From positions 36,961-100,960 of the forward strand of contig CAIJMU010000016.1 of assembly GCA_903821875.1 (NCBI GenBank): DNA of 64,000 nucleotides, given 5' to 3'. Below the pieces are notes generated by a model that saw only the letters and a list, made by a program, of their open reading frames with translations, had not been told where the DNA came from and did no database searches. Each line of letters starts with the position of its first letter. Within the stretch, counting starts at the first letter, position 1. This DNA is from an uncultured Spirochaetota bacterium. Its GTDB lineage: Bacteria; Spirochaetota; Spirochaetia; Treponematales; Rectinemataceae. Below, piece by piece: positions 26,013 through 35,038 of this stretch. Both the position numbers and the translations under genes were made by a program.

Positions 26013-26121
26013 CCCCTGGTTGTCGATTCGGTCCTCCTCACAGCCTCGATCATAGCATCTGTTCTTCCTTGTAGAATTGGATAATTAAAGCTCAACTTGA
26101 TTTTATATGACCAAGTTTTTC

Positions 26122-26150
26122 TTGACAAGCGGTTTTATTGGGATTATCGT
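26122..26150 (+). promoter_or_regulatory. Candidate sigma70-type promoter for the 26199-36843 sugar operon
   Basis: TTGACA (26122-26127), a 17-nt spacer, then TATCGT (26145-26150), within the only AT-rich intergenic stretch of the locus (26060-26198). Confidence 0.4.
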
Positions 26151-26198
26151 GAGCTTAAATAAGGATGCATATCCAGAAACTGATGGTAGGAGGCAGTC

Positions 26199-27431
26199 AT
26201 GAACGGTGGGCCTGGGCTTTATAGTTTCGGAGACGAGGAAAGAAAAGAACTCTTGGACGTTATGGAAAGCGGCCATCTTTCGCGCTACGGATCAGAGGAT
26301 GATCCGGCCTTCAAGCGCAAGGTTGCTACCTTCGAACTTGAGTTTGCCTCATTCATTGACGTGAAATACGCAGTCGCGACGAGCAGCGGCACCGGTTCGC
26401 TCATGTGTTGCCTGGCAGCCCTGGGTATCGGGGCCGGAGACGAGGTCATCGTTCCAGGCTATACCTTCATTGCTTCGATCTCCTCGATCATCATGTCCAA
26501 TGCCATTCCTGTCCTCGCCGAAATAGACGAATCCCTCACCATCGATCCCGACGACATCGAAAAGCGCATAACTCCGAGGACCAAGGCCATCATGCCGGTG
26601 CATATGCTGGGCAATCCCTGTGCCATGGACAGGATCATGGCCATTGCGAAGAAGCACAAACTGCATGTCATAGAGGACTGCTGCCAGGCGGGAGGCGCAG
26701 CCTACAAGGGCAGGCGCGTCGGTACCTTCGGCGACATCGCTGCCTTCTCTCTCAATGTCTTCAAGACAATCACGGCCGGCGACGGCGGCGTGGTTGTTAC
26801 CAACGATGAGCGCCTTTATGAGCGGGCCTTCGGCTTTCATGACCAGGGTCACAAGCCCAACCGCATGGGCGTCGAGGTGGGCAATCGGAGCATCGTCGGT
26901 GTGAACATGCGCATCAATGAGCTGACCGGAGCCGTTGCCCTCGCGCAGCTACGCAAGCTCGAGGGCATGCTTGCCACCCTCCACACGAAGAAGGACAGGC
27001 TCAAGAAAGCCCTCGATGGTCTGCCAGGTTTCAAATGGCGGACGATCAATGATGTCGGAGGCGAGTGCGCGACCCTTCTCACCCTGCTTTTCGATACCAA
27101 GGACAGGGCGGAAAGATTCAGCGCGGAAATCGGCGGCAAGCCCCTCGCCTATTCCGGCTGGCATGTCTACAACAACATGGAGCAGGTGCTCAACAAGGTG
27201 ACTGCCTCTGCGTCGAACTGCCCCTACGACTGTGAAAAGCATGGCACTGAGGTTACCTACGCCAAGCACATGCTCCCGAAGACCGACGCCATCCTCGACA
27301 GGGCAGTCAACATCTCGGTCGGTGTCGTCGACAAGGGCCTGGGCTCGGGCTTTGGAATCAACATCAAGTCGAGTGATGCCGAAATCGCCTCCGTGGCGGC
27401 GCGCCTGACCGGCATTCTCAAAGCATTATAA
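26199..27431 (+). CDS. DegT/DnrJ/EryC1/StrS family PLP aminotransferase (copy 1)
   Basis: SGTGSLMCCLAALGIGAGDEVIVPGYTFIAS...VIEDCCQA...FSLNVFKTITAGDGG (PLP-Lys). AGGAGG RBS. Confidence 0.85.
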   Translation: MNGGPGLYSFGDEERKELLDVMESGHLSRYGSEDDPAFKRKVATFELEFASFIDVKYAVATSSGTGSLMCCLAALGIGAGDEVIVPGYTFIASISSIIMSNAIPVLAEIDESLTIDPDDIEKRITPRTKAIMPVHMLGNPCAMDRIMAIAKKHKLHVIEDCCQAGGAAYKGRRVGTFGDIAAFSLNVFKTITAGDGGVVVTNDERLYERAFGFHDQGHKPNRMGVEVGNRSIVGVNMRINELTGAVALAQLRKLEGMLATLHTKKDRLKKALDGLPGFKWRTINDVGGECATLLTLLFDTKDRAERFSAEIGGKPLAYSGWHVYNNMEQVLNKVTASASNCPYDCEKHGTEVTYAKHMLPKTDAILDRAVNISVGVVDKGLGSGFGINIKSSDAEIASVAARLTGILKAL

Positions 27432-27471
27432 GTACCGACAGACCTGTGGCATGGTTCAAGGAGGGGCGGGA

Positions 27472-28626
27472 ATGGAAAGGATAAAAGCCGGCATAATTGG
27501 GATGGGCTTTATCGGCGTAAGCCATGTCGAGGCCATTCGCCGGATAGGCTTTGCCCAGCTCGTGGCGGTCGCGGACGCCAATCCGGCCCTGGCCCAGGCC
27601 AAGGCCAGCGAATACGACATCCCGAAGTGCTATGCGACGGTCGAGGAGCTGCTGGCCGACCCCGAGATCAGCGTTGTGCATAACTGCACGCCCAACAACC
27701 AGCACCTCGAGATCAACGAGAAGATCATCCGCTCGGGCAAGCACGTGTTTTCGGAAAAGCCCCTGGGCATGACGAGCGTCGAGACCCGGAAGATGCTCGA
27801 TCTTCTTGCCGCGAATCCGCGCATCGTGGGCGGAGTGAACTTCAACTACCGCATGAATCCCCTCGTGCAGGACATGAAGAACCGCGTGAGGAAGGGGGAT
27901 ATCGGCACAGTCAATCTCGTCCACGGCTCCTATCTGCAGGACTGGCTTCTCTACGATACCGATTACAACTGGCGCGTCGAGCCCGAGGTGAGCGGCCTGT
28001 CCCGCTGCGTCGCCGACATCGGCTCCCACTGGATGGACATTGTGCAGACGGTGACCGGCCTTAAGATCGTCGAAGTCTGCTCGGACCTCTTCATAGCCCA
28101 TCCGGTCAGGAAAAAGCCCAGGGGGCAGGTCGAGACCTTCAGCATCAACACCAATGCCGACTTCGAGCCGAAAAAGGTCAGCACCGAGGACTATGGCGCC
28201 GTCCTCATCAAGTTCGACAGCGGTGCGCATGGAGTCTTCCATGTTTCCCAGATCAGCGCGGGCAGGAAGTGCCATTTCAATTTCGAGATAGACGGTACTA
28301 CATCATCCTTCTACTGGAACCAGGAAACTGCCGACCACATGTGGCAGGGCTCGCGCGACGGCTACAACAGCCAGATCATGCGGAACCCGAATCTCATGAC
28401 GCCCGAGAGCAGGCCCTATTCCTATCTTGCTGCCGGGCATCCAGAGGGCTGGAACGACGCGATGAAGAACAACGTCTATGCCATGTACAAATTCATAGCA
28501 GACGGCAGGGACATGCGAAAGGACAAACCTGACTTCGCTGTTTTCGAGGACGGACACTACATAACGAGACTTGTCGAGGCGATCCTCGAGAGCAATGCGG
28601 AACGACGTTGGGTAACGATCAGCTAG
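27472..28626 (+). CDS. Gfo/Idh/MocA family oxidoreductase
   Basis: MERIKAGIIGMGFIGVSH...VHNCTPNNQH...VFSEKPLG. AAGGAGG RBS before ATG 27472. Confidence 0.85.
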   Translation: MERIKAGIIGMGFIGVSHVEAIRRIGFAQLVAVADANPALAQAKASEYDIPKCYATVEELLADPEISVVHNCTPNNQHLEINEKIIRSGKHVFSEKPLGMTSVETRKMLDLLAANPRIVGGVNFNYRMNPLVQDMKNRVRKGDIGTVNLVHGSYLQDWLLYDTDYNWRVEPEVSGLSRCVADIGSHWMDIVQTVTGLKIVEVCSDLFIAHPVRKKPRGQVETFSINTNADFEPKKVSTEDYGAVLIKFDSGAHGVFHVSQISAGRKCHFNFEIDGTTSSFYWNQETADHMWQGSRDGYNSQIMRNPNLMTPESRPYSYLAAGHPEGWNDAMKNNVYAMYKFIADGRDMRKDKPDFAVFEDGHYITRLVEAILESNAERRWVTIS

Positions 28627-28644
28627 ATTCTTGAAGGAGGCTCT

Positions 28645-29676
28645 ATGTCGATGTTCAGGTTTTCTGTAGGTCCATGGAACGTGCACAGCGGTGCGGATGC
28701 CTTTGGTCCCGAGGTCCGCTCGGAGATCCCCTTCGCCGACAAGGTGAAACGCTTCAAGGAGATCGGGTTTGACGCGGTGCAATTCCATGACGACGACGCC
28801 GTGCCGGACATGAATGACCTTTCCGATGCGCAGATACGGGCCAAAGCCAAGGCTACCCGGAAAATCCTCGAAGACAATGGCCTTGTAGCGGAATTTGTCG
28901 CCCCACGCCTGTGGATGGACAGGCGCACGATCGATGGCGGCTATACCTCCAATTCGGCCAAGGAGAGGGAGTTCGCGGACTGGCGCTCGCTGCGTTCGAT
29001 CGATATCGCCAATGAGCTGGGCTGCGACAAGATCGTGTTGTGGCTGGCCCGCGAGGGAACCCTTTGCTACGAAAGCAAAGATGCAATTACAAGTGTCCGG
29101 CGCATCCTTGATGCGATCAACAAGATGCTCGAATACGACAAGAAGATCAAAGTACTCATAGAGACCAAACCCAACGAGCCGGTGGACATCAGCTTCTGTC
29201 CGACCATGGGCCACGCCCTCGCCCTGTCAGCGGCATCGGTCGATCCGAATCGCGTTGGAGGCCTCCTTGAAAGCGCCCATGCGATGCTGGCGGGCCTCGA
29301 TCCCGCCAACGAGATAGCCTTCGCCCTGACCTTCGGCAAGCTCTGGGGTGTCCACCTGAACGACCAGAATGGTCTCAAGTTCGATCAGGACAAGGCTTTT
29401 GGCGTGCAGAATCTCAGGACAGCATTCAACCAGGTCAAGGTCCTCGTCGAGAACAACTACGGATCGAAGGGCGAGTATGTAGGCCTCGACGTCAAGGCCA
29501 TGCGCACGCAGCCCCAGGAGAATTCCTACAGGCACCTCGAGAACAGCCTGAAGATCGCCAAGATGCTCGAGGAAAAGGCCAAGAAATTCGACTACGCCTT
29601 CCAGAAGAAGTGCGTCGAGACCCGCGACTACGAAGCCCTCGAGATGTATGTGCTCGAATTGCTCATGAAGGGTTGA
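28645..29676 (+). CDS. Xylose-isomerase-type (class-I-like) metal-dependent sugar isomerase, TIM barrel
   Basis: The motif order matches class I xylose isomerases: FSVGPWNV, FHDDDAVP, IETKPNEP, ESAHAMLAG, VHLNDQNG, FDQDKAFG, GLDVKAMR. The counterparts of the catalytic His/Asp/Lys and all metal ligands appear to be present. At 343 aa it is shorter than typical XylA. Confidence 0.7.
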   Translation: MSMFRFSVGPWNVHSGADAFGPEVRSEIPFADKVKRFKEIGFDAVQFHDDDAVPDMNDLSDAQIRAKAKATRKILEDNGLVAEFVAPRLWMDRRTIDGGYTSNSAKEREFADWRSLRSIDIANELGCDKIVLWLAREGTLCYESKDAITSVRRILDAINKMLEYDKKIKVLIETKPNEPVDISFCPTMGHALALSAASVDPNRVGGLLESAHAMLAGLDPANEIAFALTFGKLWGVHLNDQNGLKFDQDKAFGVQNLRTAFNQVKVLVENNYGSKGEYVGLDVKAMRTQPQENSYRHLENSLKIAKMLEEKAKKFDYAFQKKCVETRDYEALEMYVLELLMKG

Positions 29677-29688
29677 GGAGGACCAACT

Positions 29689-30978
29689 ATGACCTATACG
29701 AAACAGGATCTGGCCCTGAACGGGGGGCCGAAGGCGAAGACCTCGCCGACAATCCCGATGTTTCCAGGCGGCCTTGAAATAGGCGACGAGGAAAAGAAGG
29801 AAGTAATGGAGGTGCTGGACAACAAGTACCTCTTCCGCTACTACGGCCCGACGGATTCTCCCTCCAAGGTAAAGGCCTTCGAAGAGTCTTATGCGGAATA
29901 TCTTGGGACGAAGCACAGCCTTGCGCTCAACTCCTGCACCTCCGCGCTGGTCAGCGCCCTGGTCGCAGTCGGCGTCGGCCCCGGCGACGAAGTCATCGTT
30001 CCGGCTTACACCTTCTTCGCCACCTGCGCCGCAGTCGTCGCAGCACGCGCTATCCCCGTCGTGGCGGAGGTCGACGCCTCCCTGACGATGGACCCCCTGG
30101 ATCTCGAGAAGAAGATCACAAAGCGTACTAAAGCCATCATCCCTGTCCACATGCGGGGCATGCCGGCGAAGATCGACAGGATCATGGAGATCGCCCGCAG
30201 GCACAAGCTCAAGGTGATCGAAGACGTCGCCCAGGCCAACGGTGGCAGTTTCAAGGGGAAGCCCCTCGGATCCTTCGGCGATGCCGGCTGCTTTTCCCTG
30301 CAGTTTCACAAGACCATCACCTCAGGGGAGGGCGGAGTGCTCGCGACCAGCGATGACCTCACCTATACCCGGGCCCAGGCCTACCACGACGTAGCAGCCT
30401 GCTGGCGCAAGGACCGCTTCGCCCCTCCTGAATTCGCGGGAGAAATATTCTTCGGCGTCAATTTCCGCATGAGCGAGCTCACCGGGGCCGTCGCCCTGGC
30501 CCAGTTCAGGAAACTCGACTCCATCGTCGGACGGATGAAGCACAACAAGAAGCTCATCAAGGACAGGCTCCTAGATCTGAAGGGAATCCAGTTCCGAGAG
30601 GTGACCGACGAGGCCGGAGACACCGCAACCTGCCTCATTTTCTTCCTGCCGAAGGGTAGCCAGGTCTCTGATTTCACCACGGCCCTCCACGCCGAGGGAA
30701 TCGAGGCAGGGGGCATCTACAACAAGGGTGTGCCCGACTGGCATATGTACCCTCACTGGAAGATGCTCATCGAAAAGATGATGCCGACCGACAAGGGCTG
30801 TCCCTTCAATTGTGAGCAAAGCGGTCCAGCACCCAATTACGATCCCGATGCCTGTCCACAGACAATGGGCCTGCTCGAACGCTCGATCCACCTGGATATC
30901 CCTCCGCAGCTGTCGGAAAAGGATTGTGAGCAGATAGCCCTGGGCATCCGCAAGGTCGCTTCGGTGCTTCTCGCGTGA
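29689..30978 (+). CDS. DegT/DnrJ/EryC1/StrS family PLP aminotransferase (copy 2)
   Basis: NSCTSALVSALVAVGVGPGDEVIVPAYTFFAT...VIEDVAQA...FSLQFHKTITSGEGG. Paralogue of 26199-27431. Confidence 0.85.
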   Translation: MTYTKQDLALNGGPKAKTSPTIPMFPGGLEIGDEEKKEVMEVLDNKYLFRYYGPTDSPSKVKAFEESYAEYLGTKHSLALNSCTSALVSALVAVGVGPGDEVIVPAYTFFATCAAVVAARAIPVVAEVDASLTMDPLDLEKKITKRTKAIIPVHMRGMPAKIDRIMEIARRHKLKVIEDVAQANGGSFKGKPLGSFGDAGCFSLQFHKTITSGEGGVLATSDDLTYTRAQAYHDVAACWRKDRFAPPEFAGEIFFGVNFRMSELTGAVALAQFRKLDSIVGRMKHNKKLIKDRLLDLKGIQFREVTDEAGDTATCLIFFLPKGSQVSDFTTALHAEGIEAGGIYNKGVPDWHMYPHWKMLIEKMMPTDKGCPFNCEQSGPAPNYDPDACPQTMGLLERSIHLDIPPQLSEKDCEQIALGIRKVASVLLA

Positions 30979-31012
30979 ATGACGGCCCGATTCAGGGCAG
31001 CTACAAGGAGAC

Positions 31013-31831
31013 ATGATGGTCCAGCTCAGCGTGTGCATCGAACCCTTTTTCTCGGACCTGCCATACGCGGAGCGTCTGAAGCGGATCGCCGGGCTGGGGT
31101 TCAAGGCCTATGAGTTCTGGTTTCATGACAAGCGTTTTGACGGCAAGGGTCTGGTTGCAGAAACGAAGGATTTCGACCAGATTGCGGAGCTCAACTCGAA
31201 GTACGGACTAGTTGCAAACGATTTTGTCTTCAACCACCCTGACGGCGGAGTCGTGGCTTCGCTTATCGACAAAGGGGACAGGGCGAAACTCCTGGATTCG
31301 GTGGAGGGCATGATCGCTCTGGCGAAAAAGATTGGCTGTCGCAAGCTCATCAGCGGGAGTGGAAACAAGGTTCCAGGCCTTCGTCGCGAAGATGCACTGG
31401 AAAGCATGACAGAAGGCCTCTCCCTTCTGGCCAAGGTCTGTGAGAAAGAAGACATAACCTTGATAGTCGAGCCCTTCAATTCCCGGGTCGACCATCCTGA
31501 TTACTTTCTCGATAACCCTGAGACCTGCGTCGAAGTCCTCCGTGCCGTGGGCAGTCCGAATGTAAAAATGCTCTTCGACATCTACCACATGCAGATCATG
31601 TACGGAAACATCCTTTCCTTTGTAAAGGCCAATCTCGACTTCATCGGGCACTTCCACGTGGCGGGAATCCAGGGACGGCACGAACCCTTTCCCTGCGAAC
31701 TGGACTTCGCCTTCATTTTGAATACAATAGATGCCATGGGCTACTCGGGTTACTTTGGCCTCGAGTACTGGCCGAGCACGGATGCGGGCAAATCACTCGC
31801 AGACACGAAAAAGCTGCTTGCAGGACCATGA
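31013..31831 (+). CDS. Hydroxypyruvate-isomerase-like / sugar phosphate isomerase-epimerase TIM-barrel protein
   Basis: 272 aa: SVCIEPFF...GFKAYEFW...LIVEPFNS...DIYHMQIM...GHFHVAG. Typical Hyi/AP-endonuclease-2 TIM-barrel layout. Confidence 0.7.
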   Translation: MMVQLSVCIEPFFSDLPYAERLKRIAGLGFKAYEFWFHDKRFDGKGLVAETKDFDQIAELNSKYGLVANDFVFNHPDGGVVASLIDKGDRAKLLDSVEGMIALAKKIGCRKLISGSGNKVPGLRREDALESMTEGLSLLAKVCEKEDITLIVEPFNSRVDHPDYFLDNPETCVEVLRAVGSPNVKMLFDIYHMQIMYGNILSFVKANLDFIGHFHVAGIQGRHEPFPCELDFAFILNTIDAMGYSGYFGLEYWPSTDAGKSLADTKKLLAGP

Positions 31832-31877
31832 AGAAGGGTTGCTTCAAGGCGCGATATCCGCGCGGAAGGACGAGTCA

Positions 31878-32702
31878 ATGAACGACCGGGAAATCCGCTT
31901 CGAAATGATGCGGCCTGCCCAGCTCCGAGAGGAGCTGGCTCGGGCACCGCTGGTATTCCTCCCTGTCGGTCCGCTTGAGTACCACGGTCCACACCTGCCG
32001 CTCGGCATGGATCCAATCAATGCCCGGCTTTGCGCGGAAGAATCCTGCAGGCGGCTCGGCAAGGGCGTGGTCATGCCTACCCTCTATATCGGGACCGAGC
32101 GCGAGAGGCCTGACTGGATGCTGGAGAGCCTCGGGTTCAAGAAGGGCGATTGGGTAGTGGGAATGGATTTCCCCACCTGCACCTGGACGAGCCATTACTA
32201 TCAGGAGCATCTATTCGGACTTATGGTCGCCTCCACCGTGGAGATGCTCATAGGTCAGGGCTACAAGGCCATCGTCATCGTGAATGGCCATGGGGCCTGG
32301 AACCAGCTTGAAACCCTCGAAAGGCTGGCCAGGCATTACTCTCACACTACTGACGTGACCGTGGTCTGGAAGCTTGCGGTGGTGCTCGACATCTCTGAAA
32401 AAAACCTCATGGGCCACGCCGACCTGGGCGAGACTTCGATCATGCTTCACTACGAGAAGGAGTTCCTTGGCGGACAGAAGGTCGTCGACCTCGCCGCGCT
32501 GCCGGCGCGCGAAGTCCCCTTGCACTACAAGGATTTTTCCATTGTCGACGGGCCGGGTTTCAGTGACCATCCTGCGCAGGACAAGGTTGTCAGGATGGAT
32601 CCGCGCGACTCCACTGCGGAAAAGGGAAAGAGGATATTCGAGGACACGGTCGCAATGTACGTGGACCTCGCCGGCAAGGCCTTGCAGGGGCAGGGCCAAT
32701 GA
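31878..32702 (+). CDS. Creatininase-family amidohydrolase
   Basis: LVFLPVGPLEYHGPHLPLGMD and VIVNGHGAW motifs. Start at internal ATG 31878. Confidence 0.75.
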   Translation: MNDREIRFEMMRPAQLREELARAPLVFLPVGPLEYHGPHLPLGMDPINARLCAEESCRRLGKGVVMPTLYIGTERERPDWMLESLGFKKGDWVVGMDFPTCTWTSHYYQEHLFGLMVASTVEMLIGQGYKAIVIVNGHGAWNQLETLERLARHYSHTTDVTVVWKLAVVLDISEKNLMGHADLGETSIMLHYEKEFLGGQKVVDLAALPAREVPLHYKDFSIVDGPGFSDHPAQDKVVRMDPRDSTAEKGKRIFEDTVAMYVDLAGKALQGQGQ

Positions 32703-32792
32703 TTGGCTGACACGGCTCCGTTGGGGCTGATATCGGCGGATGCCTGGGGAAGAAAGGGAAAACCCGGCTCCGGAGGGAAACTAGGAGGCACA

Positions 32793-34079
32793 ATGATGAG
32801 ACGCGTTCTGTTATTCGCATTGGCGTTCGCGATTGCGCTGGCTGCAAGCGGCGCTCCCAAGATCGTTCTCTACCACTACCATTGGTCCGAGACGGTTTAC
32901 GACCAGATCAATACCAATGCGGTGAAAAAATTCATGGCAGACAATCCGGGCGTAGAGGTCAAGATGGTCCTCCTTCCGGACGGCGACCGGGTGAACATCA
33001 TCCGCACCGTCCTCGCTGCGGGCGGCTCCATCGATTCCTTCGCCCTCAACAACGGAGAGGCTGCGGAGTTCCTGAGCGCCGGCATGGCAGTTCCGCTTGT
33101 TCCTTCAGCCTTCGGAAAGAAGAGCGTAACTGACGTAGTCAAGATGTGGAATCCCGGCGCCATCGAAACCTGTGGCGGCTATTGGGATGGCCAGTACTAT
33201 GGCGTTCCCTTTGAGCTTTCCAACTATGTCGGATGGATCAACATCGCCGACATGAAAGCCGCAGGCCTTAATCCGGCCAAGGACAAGCCCAAGACCTGGG
33301 AGCAGTTCGCCACGGTTGGCAAGAAACTCATGCAGGTTCAGAATGGCACGACCGTCCGCAACGGCTTCATGGCCAACTCGAAGCAGGGAGTCTTCAGCTT
33401 CCTTGTGCTCACGAACATGATGGAGCAGCTCGGCCTTGACTGGGGCACCGAAAAGGGCCTCGTAGCTTCGATGGACCAGACCGCAGTGCTCGAGCGCGGA
33501 ATCAAGACCTACACCGATTTCGTGACGAGCAGCAAGATCTGGGATCCCGCCCTCGCCGACAATGATCGCGAGGGATTCGGCAACAACAAGACCGGCATGT
33601 TCCTTACCGGTGGAACCTGGTACTGGGGCGTCCTCGACACCTACTCGGTCAAGCGTGCCGACGTCGAGCCCTTCCCCTATCCCCGCTTCGCGGATGGCAA
33701 GGACATCGGCGGCGTCGGCTATGGCTACTGCCTCTATGTGTCCAAGTTCTCCAAGAATCCCGAGATGGCCTTCAAGCTTCTCGACGCCCTTGCCAGCCAG
33801 CCCAACGAGTTCATCAAGCAGGGCTATCACCAGCCCCGCATGACGCTCTCGAACGGAAAGCAGGCCCTCGATCCGGCCCTTGCGAAAAAATTCATTCCGT
33901 ATTACGACGAAGTATTCAAGGGCGAGCTCGCCAAGACGGCTGTCTGGCTTTCTTCCACCAAGGGTGGACTCGTTACGGACGCAGCCTGGCAGGCCGTTTC
34001 CGGCGTGATCTACCAGGGCAGCTCGGTCCAGGATGCCGTAGCCCAGCTCCAGGACGAGATCAGGAACATTTACAAGTAG
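32793..34079 (+). CDS. ABC transporter substrate-binding protein (carbohydrate-type, family 1)
   Basis: Signal peptide MMRRVLLFALAFAIALAASG, AGGAGG RBS and a 428-aa SBP-like sequence. Immediately upstream of two MalF/MalG-type permease genes. Confidence 0.8.
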   Translation: MMRRVLLFALAFAIALAASGAPKIVLYHYHWSETVYDQINTNAVKKFMADNPGVEVKMVLLPDGDRVNIIRTVLAAGGSIDSFALNNGEAAEFLSAGMAVPLVPSAFGKKSVTDVVKMWNPGAIETCGGYWDGQYYGVPFELSNYVGWINIADMKAAGLNPAKDKPKTWEQFATVGKKLMQVQNGTTVRNGFMANSKQGVFSFLVLTNMMEQLGLDWGTEKGLVASMDQTAVLERGIKTYTDFVTSSKIWDPALADNDREGFGNNKTGMFLTGGTWYWGVLDTYSVKRADVEPFPYPRFADGKDIGGVGYGYCLYVSKFSKNPEMAFKLLDALASQPNEFIKQGYHQPRMTLSNGKQALDPALAKKFIPYYDEVFKGELAKTAVWLSSTKGGLVTDAAWQAVSGVIYQGSSVQDAVAQLQDEIRNIYK

Positions 34080-34096
34080 TATCAGGGTTCTTAGTA

Positions 34097-34130
34097 CTGT
34101 CCCCGCCTTCATGAGGCGGGGACAGTTTTT
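34097..34130 (+). terminator. Rho-independent terminator/attenuator between the SBP and permease genes
   Basis: Perfect 11-bp stem CTGTCCCCGCC / GGCGGGGACAG, 7-nt loop TTCATGA, followed by TTTTT. Confidence 0.8.
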
Positions 34131-34146
34131 GAAGGGGAAATGAGAG

Positions 34147-35034
34147 ATGCGAAAAGCCAGCTACTCGGTGAACAGTCTCCAGAAGACCGGCTATGTCTTC
34201 ATTCTTCCGACGATCATCATATTCTCGATCTTCCTCATATACCCGATGATCAGCGCTTTTTGCCTTTCTTTCTTCGACTGGAACCTTCTCAACCCCATGA
34301 AATTCGTGGGCTTCAAGAACTTTGTGAGCATGGCGGGGGATGGGCGCGTCATCAATTCCTATGTGGGCACCCTGCATTTCAGCCTCATCTCGGTCATGGC
34401 GATCAATGTCCTGGCTTTCCTTTTTGCCATGATGCTGAGCAGTCGGCTGATACAGTACAAGAACTTCCTCCAATCCCTCATCTTCCTGCCCGTCATCCTG
34501 TCCATCGTGGCGGTGGGAGTCGTATGGGAGTTCATGTTCCAGTCCACGGGCCTGATCCCCATCATCCTCAGGAAACTCATCGGTATCAGCCCCGCCTGGC
34601 TCACGAAGTCGAGCGCGGCACCCTACGCGATCATAATCGTCTATGTCTGGAAATCGGTTGGCTACTACATGGTCATCTACATCGCTGGGCTCATGGATAT
34701 TCCCGTCACATACTACGAGGCGGCGCGCATCGATGGGGCTGGGTTCTGGAGCCAGCTCTTCTACATCACGATTCCCAATCTGCGCAACACGATAGCCCTG
34801 GGAGTAATCTCCTGCATCATCTTCACCTTCGGGCAATTTTCCCTTCAGTACGTCATCACCAAGGGGGGACCAGCCCGGTCCACAGAGGTACTGTCCCTCC
34901 TCATTTTCAAGGAAGCCTTCGAGTTCAGCAAATTCGGCTACTCGGCTGCGATATCGGTCCTGTTCTTCCTGACGCTCCTTGTCTTCTCGGTTTTCCAGCT
35001 GCGGCTCTTCAAGTCCGGTGCGGTGGGGGAGTAG
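34147..35034 (+). CDS. Carbohydrate ABC transporter permease (MalF-type)
   Basis: 295 aa, multi-TM: KTGYVFILPTIIIFSIFLIYP...YYEAARIDGAGFWSQLFYITIP (EAA loop). Confidence 0.85.
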   Translation: MRKASYSVNSLQKTGYVFILPTIIIFSIFLIYPMISAFCLSFFDWNLLNPMKFVGFKNFVSMAGDGRVINSYVGTLHFSLISVMAINVLAFLFAMMLSSRLIQYKNFLQSLIFLPVILSIVAVGVVWEFMFQSTGLIPIILRKLIGISPAWLTKSSAAPYAIIIVYVWKSVGYYMVIYIAGLMDIPVTYYEAARIDGAGFWSQLFYITIPNLRNTIALGVISCIIFTFGQFSLQYVITKGGPARSTEVLSLLIFKEAFEFSKFGYSAAISVLFFLTLLVFSVFQLRLFKSGAVGE

Positions 35035-35038
35035 GCTG

